The position numbers were made by a program, and so were the translations under genes. The notes under the pieces were generated by a model. That model saw only the letters and a list, made by a program, of their open reading frames with translations. It was not told the origin of the DNA and did no database searches. From the NCBI GenBank assembly GCA_964401455.1, contig CAYNYI010000001.1, positions 1,245 through 65,244 of the forward strand: DNA of 64,000 bases, in the 5' to 3' direction. The stretch comes from an uncultured Fibrobacterota bacterium (lineage in GTDB: Bacteria; Fibrobacterota; OXYB2-FULL-49-7; CAYNYI01). Positions 51,426 through 59,730 of the stretch are shown in pieces (positions within the stretch are counted from its first letter, which is position 1; every line of letters starts with the position of its first letter).

Positions 51426-51635
51426 TTATATTAAGGGGTCCTCTCCACCCCGAAAAAAGGGATTACATTTTAATATCCTTTTTATTGACAAATAAGCACC
51501 GGTAATAAATCCGTATTTTTCAAATGCGGAGACCGAATATTCAGAACAGGTAGGAATATATCTGCATGAAGAAGGCAAGAAAGGGGAAATTAACTTTTGA
51601 TATACCCTGATTAAAATAACGGCTGCCTTTTTCAT
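51426..51635 (-). CDS. yidD: membrane protein insertion efficiency factor YidD
   Basis: [28 protein letters not shown] signature; 69 aa. Confidence 0.85.
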   Translation of the reverse strand: MKKAAVILIRVYQKLISPFLPSSCRYIPTCSEYSVSAFEKYGFITGAYLSIKRILKCNPFFRGGEDPLI

Positions 51636-52030
51636 ATTGTATAATTATCAATCAGGAAAGAAAAATCTTTTTTTAACTCAGAAAAACCTGTTTTTAAAGT
51701 ATTTTTATTTATGCAGATCATTAGAAATTCTCCGTTATTTTCTTTACAAAAAGAATGGTCTCTAATCATTTCCCGCATAAACCGCTTACATTTGTTTCTG
51801 TCTACGGCTCTTTTAAAAATTCTCTTCGGAGCACTGACGCAATAAGAAAAACCATCATTTATCTCCGGTATGTAATAAGCCTTAAAAAATTCAGATCCGC
51901 TTTTTCTACCAGATCTGAATAAAATTTCCAGGTCATTTTTCTTCTTTAAGGTACAAAAGTGTCTTTTAGTATCAGGCTGTGAGAGATTTTCTTCCTTTTG
52001 CTCTTCTTCTGGAAAGGACTTTTCTACCAT
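51632..52030 (-). CDS. rnpA: ribonuclease P protein component
   Basis: Position between rpmH and yidD; basic RnpA-like core ([16 protein letters not shown]...). As called, the 5' end overlaps rpmH by 59 nt, so the true start is uncertain. Confidence 0.65.
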   Translation of the reverse strand: MVEKSFPEEEQKEENLSQPDTKRHFCTLKKKNDLEILFRSGRKSGSEFFKAYYIPEINDGFSYCVSAPKRIFKRAVDRNKCKRFMREMIRDHSFCKENNGEFLMICINKNTLKTGFSELKKDFSFLIDNYTI

Positions 52031-52109
52031 TTTTTGTACTCATTCTTTTACGAAACCCGTGTTTATTTTTGCGCTTACGGTTTCTAGGCTGAAATGTCAG
52101 ATGTGCCAT
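51972..52109 (-). CDS. rpmH: 50S ribosomal protein L34
   Basis: Translated by hand because the ORF is under 60 aa: [45 protein letters not shown] (compare E. coli [39 protein letters not shown]). ATG at 52107-52109. Confidence 0.85.
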   Translation of the reverse strand: MAHLTFQPRNRKRKNKHGFRKRMSTKNGRKVLSRRRAKGRKSLTA

Positions 52110-52280
52110 TTTCGCTCCTTTATATCTGATTGCTCTTAATTAAAATCAATGTTTTTACTGGGAGAAGATATAAATTATTGATGTTAACAGTCAAGAGAAA
52201 ATCTTTTAATACAGTAATTTACGAAAATCTATTCTTACCTGTTTATATTTAAAATTTCATTTTTTATGGCTGATAAAAGT

Positions 52281-52310
52281 AATATATTTATCCTCAAATG
52301 GATAAAAACG
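52281..52310 (+). promoter_or_regulatory. DnaA-box palindrome overlapping the dnaA start codon
   Basis: TTTATCCtcaaATGGATAAA: TTATCCTCA (1 mismatch to TTATCCACA) and its inverted partner TGGATAAA flank ATG 52298. Confidence 0.45.
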
Positions 52311-53623
52311 AATGCTGGAAACATTTCCTGGAAAAAGCTTCTGAAGAATTTGACAGCAGTCTTTTCAAAACATGGATAAAACCGCTTAAACCTCTTGTCA
52401 TTTCCGAAGACCGGGTTATTATCTTTGTAAAAGACGCCATTTTTATGGAATTCATAGAAAGTAATCATTCCGATAAAATAAAAAATCTTCTTAAAAATAT
52501 ATGCGGATTCCCAATTAATCTTATTTTTACCGATAAAGAAATTGTCTATGAAAAGAAATTTGACAAAAAAGAAAAAGTCAATGTTAATAAAGGTGAAATT
52601 AATCCGGATTTTACCTTTGACGATTTTGTTGTAGGCGGAAACAACCGGTTTGCGTATTCCGCCTCACACGCGGTAGCGGAATCACCCGGTAATAATAAGT
52701 TTAATCCTCTTTACCTTTACGGGAAAAGCGGTCTGGGTAAAACACATCTTCTTTTTGCCATTGGAAACTATGCCGTTAAGAATCACAGTAACCTTAATAT
52801 AAAATATGTTTCCGCAGATAAAATGCAAAGAGATCTCATAGAAAACATACAAAAAAACAAAACCGCGGAATTCAGGGAGTCTTTTAATAATTTGGACATC
52901 CTTCTTGTTGATGATATCCATTTTTTGTCCGGCACATCATCTACACAGGAAGAATTTTTTCACATTTTCAATACCATTTATCAGCGTTCAAAACAGATTA
53001 TTATAACAAGCGACAAACAGCCAAGAGAACTTTCAGGAATAGAAGACAGGTTGGTTTCAAGATTTCAGTGGGGTCTTTCTGTTGATATTCAACCTCCTGA
53101 CCTTGAAACGAAAATTGCTATATTAAATAAAAAAGCAGAGAATCATAGTTTTGAACTTTCTCCGGATATCATAAGATATATAGCTTCAAATACCGATAAT
53201 ATAAGGGAGCTTGAGGGATGTATAATAAAACTTTTAGCTTATTCATCAATAAACAACAGGCTTGAAATAACACTTGATCTTGCAAAGGATGTTCTAAAAT
53301 TCGGAACCGGAATCGCAAGAAAAAAGATATATATTGAACAAATAACGGAAAGTGTTATTAACTATTATAAAGGTTATAAAATAGATATTAATGATGTTCT
53401 TTTCGGAGGAAGAAAAAAAGAAGTAGCCCTGGTCAGACAAGTTTCAATGTATCTATCAAGAACAATGACATCCAATTCCTTAAAAAATATAGGAAGCTAC
53501 TTTAGAAAAGATCACAGTACGGTTGTACATTCTATTAAAAACATAAATAAACTTCTAAAAGAAGATGAACAGCTTGGAAATGATATAGAAAACATTAAAA
53601 AAAATATAACTGAAAACCTTTAA
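52298..53623 (+). CDS. dnaA: chromosomal replication initiator protein DnaA
   Basis: AAA+ Walker A LYGKSGLGKTHLL; a C-terminal DnaA-box-binding domain; 441 aa. Confidence 0.95.
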   Translation: MDKNECWKHFLEKASEEFDSSLFKTWIKPLKPLVISEDRVIIFVKDAIFMEFIESNHSDKIKNLLKNICGFPINLIFTDKEIVYEKKFDKKEKVNVNKGEINPDFTFDDFVVGGNNRFAYSASHAVAESPGNNKFNPLYLYGKSGLGKTHLLFAIGNYAVKNHSNLNIKYVSADKMQRDLIENIQKNKTAEFRESFNNLDILLVDDIHFLSGTSSTQEEFFHIFNTIYQRSKQIIITSDKQPRELSGIEDRLVSRFQWGLSVDIQPPDLETKIAILNKKAENHSFELSPDIIRYIASNTDNIRELEGCIIKLLAYSSINNRLEITLDLAKDVLKFGTGIARKKIYIEQITESVINYYKGYKIDINDVLFGGRKKEVALVRQVSMYLSRTMTSNSLKNIGSYFRKDHSTVVHSIKNINKLLKEDEQLGNDIENIKKNITENL

Positions 53624-53923
53624 TAAGCTATTTAAATTTAATAAGTTCTTGAAGAACAACCCGATTGACTGTTGATAACATGTTAAATTTAACAACCGAT
53701 GTTTTTTGAACATTTTTTTATTTAATGTAATCTGCTGATTTTTAATAAATTAAACACCATATAAACAATATCAACACTACTATAATATTAATAAATTTAA
53801 ATTAATAAAAAATTTAATATTAGTAGGCTGTTAGTATCACTCAAATAAATATTTTCTTGTATTATATTTGGTTTTAATTTATATTTTTTTGAAATTAATC
53901 ATTCTTTTTGAGGGGAAATAAAT
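53624..53923. promoter_or_regulatory. candidate oriC (AT-rich unwinding region with DnaA-box-like motifs) between dnaA and dnaN
   Basis: A 300-bp non-coding spacer of very low GC. TGTTGATAA (53670-53678) and the inverted ATATCAACA (53768-53776) are about 100 bp apart, followed by an uninterrupted A/T tract at 53781-53822. Confidence 0.5.
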
Positions 53924-55051
53924 TTGAAGTTCAATATAAAAAAATCAGATCTTCTTTCTGTGCTTCAGAATGTTGTCAGTGCCATATCAACCAAAACGAC
54001 GATTCCATATTTATCATATATCCATATTTCCGGAAATAATAATAAATTAAAAATCTCGTCTACTGACCTTGATATGTTTATTACCGGATCCGTTCCCGCT
54101 GATGTGGTTCAGGATACGGATATACTGGTAAGTGGTAAAAAGCTTCTTGATATAATCAAAAACCTTCCGGAAGTTGTGGTTGCTTTTAAAGTCGAGGAAA
54201 ATTTTCTGGTAATAGAGGCTGAAAAATATAAAGGAAAGCTTCCTGTAGCGGATGTTGCTGATTTTCCATCTATTCCTTCCATTTCAGATGTTTACAGTTT
54301 TAAAATTAAATCTGAAAGTATTCAAAAATTAATAAGTAATGTTGTTTACGCGGCCTCTACTGACGAAAGTATGCCTGTTTTAAGGGGATTGAATTTTGAG
54401 GTAAATAAAAACAGAATAAGAATGGTAGCTACAGACAGACATAAAATGGCCCTTTATGAAATTCAGTCTGATACAGGTATTGAAAAAGACTCAAGAATTA
54501 TTATTTCAAGGAAGACCGCTTCTCATATACAAAAAACGATCGATATTTTTTCTCCGGATGAAATAGAAATTTCAGTCAGTGAAAAATTCTGTATTTTCAG
54601 CATGGGGGAGACCACTGTTTTTTCAAAAATAATTGAGGGAAAATATCCTAATTATGAACAGGTTATACCAAAAGATAATAAAAAAACCGCTATTGTAAAT
54701 AAAAGTATTCTTCTTAATAAAATTAATCTTGTAAGTCTTTCGTCGGACACAAATACAAAACAGATACTTTTTAAATTTTCAGCCGGCTCTTTAAGTCTTA
54801 GCGCACACAATAAAGAAACTTCTTTTTATTCTTCGGAAGAAATTCCTGTGTCTTATAACGAAGAGGAAATATCAATAGCCTTTAATTCTCAGTTTCTTTC
54901 AGAAACACTGAAACTTGTTAATACCGAAGAAGTGAGTTTTAATATGAAATCTTCTTTAAACGCGTGCATTATAGTTCCTACTGAGCATAAAGAAGGTGAA
55001 AATTCTTTATTCCTTCTTATGCCTCTAAGAACAGTTGAAGAGAATGCTTAA
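53924..55051 (+). CDS. dnaN: DNA polymerase III beta sliding clamp
   Basis: 375 aa with a TTG start preceded by a GAGGGG RBS and three clamp-domain repeats. Confidence 0.9.
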   Translation: MKFNIKKSDLLSVLQNVVSAISTKTTIPYLSYIHISGNNNKLKISSTDLDMFITGSVPADVVQDTDILVSGKKLLDIIKNLPEVVVAFKVEENFLVIEAEKYKGKLPVADVADFPSIPSISDVYSFKIKSESIQKLISNVVYAASTDESMPVLRGLNFEVNKNRIRMVATDRHKMALYEIQSDTGIEKDSRIIISRKTASHIQKTIDIFSPDEIEISVSEKFCIFSMGETTVFSKIIEGKYPNYEQVIPKDNKKTAIVNKSILLNKINLVSLSSDTNTKQILFKFSAGSLSLSAHNKETSFYSSEEIPVSYNEEEISIAFNSQFLSETLKLVNTEEVSFNMKSSLNACIIVPTEHKEGENSLFLLMPLRTVEENA

Positions 55052-56309
55052 CTCAAAAATTTTTTTTACTGTTGTTTTTTTCAAAATTTTAACTTTTTCT
55101 TCAGCTATAAATGAATACCGTTTTATAAAAGATTCCTGGAATCCTGAGTCTTCAAACCACGGTTTTGCTTCTGTATCGGTTTCCAGGGGAATTTTTTCCT
55201 ATTTAGAAAATCCCGCGCTTACCGGCAAAACACCAAATTTAATTACCGGTCTTTCCTCTTCATATTCCGGAAATCATTTTTCTTTTAATCCGGCTTTTAC
55301 TTCCAGAATATCTAATAATACGGTTATAGGATTGGGTGTATTAAGAAACAATTCTTCTATTCCTGAAAATCGGTTTACTTTTAATTTCAGCTACTCTTTT
55401 CTTAATTATTCTTTCGGATTGAATTCTCATTTTCTTAATTATTCTGACGAGTCTCTTGAGTTTCAAAACAAAACAAATATGGATTTTGATTTCGGATATA
55501 TAATAGAACCTTTCAGCAAGCTGCGTCACGCATTTACAGTATATAATCTTCTTTCATCCTCTTTTTATGAAAGTTATGATACTGTTTTAAAAACAATGAC
55601 TTCACTTGAAACATCTCTTTCTCTATTAATCAACGAAAGCGGAAAAAGCAATATTTCGGTTGCCGGAGGTTTCGGTAATTCTGATGAAGTAATGAATTCA
55701 TTGAATGGCGGAGTTTCTCTGAGTCTTGTATTTATTAAGGAAAAATTAGGGCTTCATTCTTCTTTTAATTATCAAAAAGAAGGAAAAAATAGTTTTTATA
55801 CAAAAACCGGTTTCGGACCCTCTTTTATTTTGAATACCGATGCGGGGGATTACCGGTTTTCTTATTCCTCACAAATAATACGGAATTCTTTTTCATCAGA
55901 GAAAAATATAAATCATTATGTTTCTATTGATTATTCGCATGGAATAGAAAAGGATTTTTATAAGCCTTTCGGTAATATTACTACAGATAAAAATTCTTTT
56001 ACTCCTGATGGAGATAATGTTGATGATTTTTTAACCGTGTTTATTGAAGCCTCCGATAATGAAGGAGGCACCGGACTGAAAAAATGGGCTTTAGTAATAT
56101 GTAAACGACCGGACACGGAAAAATCATCTTCGTGTGATATTATTAAATCTTTCAGCGGGAAAGGGATCCCGCCGGGTGCGTTGAAATGGGATGGTAGGAA
56201 TTCTTCTTCAACATTGTGTGCAAAAGGGGATTATTTTTTAAGACTCAGACTGGTTGATAAAAAAAATAATCACTTCGAAGGACCCTGGAAAAAAATATCT
56301 ATTGAATAA
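55035..56309 (+). CDS. secreted/outer-membrane hypothetical protein with C-terminal FTPDGDxxDD-type (gliding-motility / FlgD-Ig-like) domain
   Basis: Signal peptide; S/N/F-rich beta-strand-like body; C-terminal FTPDGDNVDDFL...WDGRN...GDYFLRLRL. It overlaps the dnaN 3' end by 17 nt. Confidence 0.55.
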   Translation: MKRMLNSKIFFTVVFFKILTFSSAINEYRFIKDSWNPESSNHGFASVSVSRGIFSYLENPALTGKTPNLITGLSSSYSGNHFSFNPAFTSRISNNTVIGLGVLRNNSSIPENRFTFNFSYSFLNYSFGLNSHFLNYSDESLEFQNKTNMDFDFGYIIEPFSKLRHAFTVYNLLSSSFYESYDTVLKTMTSLETSLSLLINESGKSNISVAGGFGNSDEVMNSLNGGVSLSLVFIKEKLGLHSSFNYQKEGKNSFYTKTGFGPSFILNTDAGDYRFSYSSQIIRNSFSSEKNINHYVSIDYSHGIEKDFYKPFGNITTDKNSFTPDGDNVDDFLTVFIEASDNEGGTGLKKWALVICKRPDTEKSSSCDIIKSFSGKGIPPGALKWDGRNSSSTLCAKGDYFLRLRLVDKKNNHFEGPWKKISIE

Positions 56310-56329
56310 CAGTTAGTTGATATTTTCAT

Positions 56330-57406
56330 TTGTTTCTAAAAAAAATTAAACTTTCAAATTTCAGAAACTTCTCTGAACTTGATATTGATTTTCAGAAAGG
56401 TATAAATCTTATTACCGGGCTTAACGGCAGTGGTAAAACAAACCTTCTGGAATCTGTGTATTACTGTGGTTATTTTCGACCTTTGAAAAGCGGCACAGCT
56501 AAAGATATGATAAAGTTTGATAAAGAATGTTTTAATATCACAATAGAATATGATTCAAAAGACTCAACGAATACTGTAAATGCAAATTATTCGATAGATG
56601 GTTTACGAAAAGTATTCTTTAATGGAAAAAAAATAGATTCCGTTTTAGAATATATAGGAAAATTTATAACCGTTGGATTCGGACCCGACGATTTGAATAT
56701 AATATCAAATTCCCCCGCTTATAGAAGAAAATTTATAGACTCTGTTTTATCTCAAACTGACAGTAAATATCTTTATTGTCTAAAAGATTATAAAAAAAAT
56801 CTTAAACAGAAGAATTATGAGCTTAAAAATGAAATACCGGACAGAACTCTTCTTAAAACATATACGGAAATTATGTCTGAAAAAGCTTCATATATAATCG
56901 ATAAGAGAAAAGGATTTATCGAAAACATTAAAAAAGATCTCGAAAACCACATTTTTGATATAAGCCTTAACAGAGAAAACATTGAAATTTTTTATATCGG
57001 AAATAAAACGGATTATATTTTCTCAGGCTATCATTCAGATAAACTTGAAAAAGAAATTAAATTCAGAAAAACTCTTAATGGTCCTCATCTCCATGACATA
57101 GATTTTCATTTCCATCATGGGAGCTACCGTGATTTTGGAAGCCAGGGCCAGTGCCGTTCTTTGGCTGTGGCTCTTAAACTGGCATCTATTGAGTATATAA
57201 GTATGACAGCCGAAGTAAAACCAATACTTCTTTTTGATGATATTTTCTCTGAACTTGACCCTGAAAGGAGCGAAAAAATTTTAAAAATTATTAACAAATT
57301 TGATCAGGTATTTATAGCAGCTCCAAAAATGGAACCTTTTTTTAATAATATTAATTATTTTTATGTTATAGAAAAAGACAATGTTTTAAAAAAAATCCCG
57401 GTTTAA
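56330..57406 (+). CDS. recF: DNA replication and repair protein RecF
   Basis: TTG start; IKLSNFRNF...ITGLNGSGKTNLLES Walker A; signature/Walker B (LLFDDIFSELD); 358 aa. Confidence 0.9.
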   Translation: MFLKKIKLSNFRNFSELDIDFQKGINLITGLNGSGKTNLLESVYYCGYFRPLKSGTAKDMIKFDKECFNITIEYDSKDSTNTVNANYSIDGLRKVFFNGKKIDSVLEYIGKFITVGFGPDDLNIISNSPAYRRKFIDSVLSQTDSKYLYCLKDYKKNLKQKNYELKNEIPDRTLLKTYTEIMSEKASYIIDKRKGFIENIKKDLENHIFDISLNRENIEIFYIGNKTDYIFSGYHSDKLEKEIKFRKTLNGPHLHDIDFHFHHGSYRDFGSQGQCRSLAVALKLASIEYISMTAEVKPILLFDDIFSELDPERSEKILKIINKFDQVFIAAPKMEPFFNNINYFYVIEKDNVLKKIPV

Positions 57407-57407
57407 A

Positions 57408-57713
57408 ATGAAAAGAAATCAGAAAAAAAGAGACCCTGAACAAATAGGTAAAATGATTGAATTACTTATAAACAATAATTCTAAAATAAGACAACACTTT
57501 AATTCTTATGATATTTCAGACTGTTGGAAAGAGGTTACAGGTGAGAAAATAGCGTCAATTTCCAAATTTGTAAAATTTGAAAAATCAACGCTTTATATTA
57601 AAGTAGAGAACAGTGTCTGGAAAGCCGAACTTTTTTATATGAAGCAGGAGCTGATAACCAGGATTAATAAAAAAAACGGTAAAAATATTCTGAAAGATAT
57701 TATATTCATATAA
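57408..57713 (+). CDS. dciA: DUF721-family protein, probable DciA-type helicase-loading factor
   Basis: 101 aa between recF and gyrB, the conserved DUF721 position. Pattern ...W.EVTGEKIASISKFVKFEKSTLYIKVENSVWKAEL... matches that family. Confidence 0.55.
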   Translation: MKRNQKKRDPEQIGKMIELLINNNSKIRQHFNSYDISDCWKEVTGEKIASISKFVKFEKSTLYIKVENSVWKAELFYMKQELITRINKKNGKNILKDIIFI

Positions 57714-57763
57714 GAAAATTTTCATCATGAAATATTTCCTATTTCCGAAAGAAGAGGTAAAAC

Positions 57764-59680
57764 GTGTCCGGTGAACAATATCAGGCGAATTCCATAAAAG
57801 TACTAAAAGGTCTGGAGGCTGTACGTAAACGTCCGGCAATGTATATTGGAAGTACAAATACCCGGGGGCTTCATCACCTTGTTTTTGAGGTTATAGACAA
57901 TTCAATAGATGAAGCGATGGCCGGGCATTGTGACAAAATAGACGTTATTATTCTTAAAGATGAATCTATTTCTGTCAGGGACAACGGCAGAGGAATACCT
58001 ACGGATTATCATGAAGGTGAAAAGAAAAGCGCACTTGAAGTGGCGCTTACGACACTTCATGCCGGAGGCAAGTTTGATGCTGACAGTTATAAAGTATCCG
58101 GCGGTCTTCATGGTGTAGGGGTTTCATGTGTAAATGCTTTGAGTATCTGGACCAAGGTAAAAGTTTTCAGGGACGGCAAAACACATGAACAAAGCTATAA
58201 AAGAGGTTTTCCTGACGGGCCTCTCAAGGTTACAGGAGAAACAAAAGAAACAGGTACGCTTGTAACTTTTAAGCCGGATCATGAAATTTTTGAAGAAACT
58301 ATTTTTAATTTTGACACTCTTTCCGCCAGACTCAGAGAGCTTGCTTTTCTGAATAAGGGAATAAGGATAACGATTATTGATGAGCGTAAAGAAGATCACA
58401 GACACTCTTTTTATTATCCGGGTGGAATAGCTTCTTTTGTTGAATATCTTAACGAGGATATTGTCGTTCTTCATAAACCACCGATTTATTTCCGGAACGA
58501 AGGGGAAAATTTTGATCTTGAAATATCAATACAATACAACGATTCTTATAAGGACAAAGTTTTTTCGTTTGTTAACAATATTAATACAGTTGACGGAGGA
58601 ACGCATCTTGCCGGGTTTAGAAGCTCCCTTACCCGTACTATAAACAATTATGCCAAAATAAACAACATGCTAAAAGGCAAGAACCCGGTTACAATTACGG
58701 GTGTTGATATATAAGAAGGCCTTACTTCTGTTATAAGCATAAAAATATCGAATCCCCAGTTTGAAGGACAGACAAAACATAAACTTGGAAATCCTGAGGT
58801 GAAAGGAATTGTCGAAAGCAGCCTCAACGAAAAACTGGGAATTTTTCTTGAAGAAAACCCGCCAGTCGCTAAAAAAATAATTGATAAATGTATAGGCGCC
58901 GCGACAGCGAGAGAGGCCGCAAGAAAAGCAAAACAGCTTTCCAGAAGAAAAAACTTTCTTGAGACGGGCAGCCTTCCCGGTAAACTTGCCGACTGCTCAA
59001 GCAAAGACAGAACAATTTGTGAGATATTCATTGTTGAGGGGGACTCTGCGGGCGGTTCTGCCAAGATGGGTAGAGACCGGTCTTTTCAGGCTATACTTCC
59101 TCTTCGCGGAAAAATTCTTAATGTTGAAAAAAAGAGACTTGATAAAATTCTTTCGAGCGAAGAAATAAAAGTTTTAATATCTGCTATCGGAACGGGGATC
59201 GGCGATGATGAATTTGATATGGAAAAGAGAAGATATGATAAAATTATCATAATGACCGACGCAGATGTTGACGGGGCGCATATACGGACATTATTAATGA
59301 CTTTTTTCTTCAGATATATGGAAAAGCTCATTACAGACGGACACTTATATATTGCTCAACCACCTTTATATAAAATCAAACAAGGTAAAAGAGAGGTATA
59401 TGCGTTTAGCGACGAAGAAAAAAACAGGCTTGTAAAAGAATTAGATCAGTCTAAAAATCAAAAAGTTTCTATACAGAGATATAAAGGTCTTGGTGAAATG
59501 AACCCGGAACAGCTCGCAACAACAACCATGGAACCAGACAGAAGAATTCTTCTTCAGGTTACTCTTGAGGATGCAGTCGAAGCCGATAAAATTTTTACTA
59601 AACTTATGGGTGACGAAGTTGAGCCGAGAAGAAAATTTATAGAGGACCATGCCCATACTGTTAAGGAGCTTGATGTCTGA
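57764..59680 (+). pseudogene. gyrB: DNA gyrase subunit B, interrupted by an in-frame TAA as sequenced
   Basis: Both halves are in one frame, so there is no frameshift. The reading ...[37 protein letters not shown]... places a TAA at 58712-58714, where GyrB homologues have Arg (TGEDVREGL). Track ORF 1 ends at the stop and ORF 2 restarts at GTG 58799. ATPase motifs and TOPRIM motifs (EGDSAGGS; DADVDGAHI) are intact. Confidence 0.85.
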
Positions 59681-59700
59681 TTTAATATAACCGGGAAATA

Positions 59701-59730
59701 AAAAAAAGGACCCTTAGGGTCCTTTTTTTA
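59701..59730. terminator. bidirectional rho-independent terminator between convergent gyrB and the T9SS-cargo gene
   Basis: AAAAAAA GGACCC tta GGGTCC TTTTTTT: a perfect 6-bp GC stem flanked by an A-run and a T-run. Confidence 0.75.

Noticed and set aside
57764-59680. TAA reassigned as a sense codon (alternative genetic code) to explain the gyrB internal stop
   Set aside because: dnaA, dnaN and recF in the same window all terminate at TAA where homologues terminate. A single-site event (error, nonsense allele or local recoding) is therefore more parsimonious.
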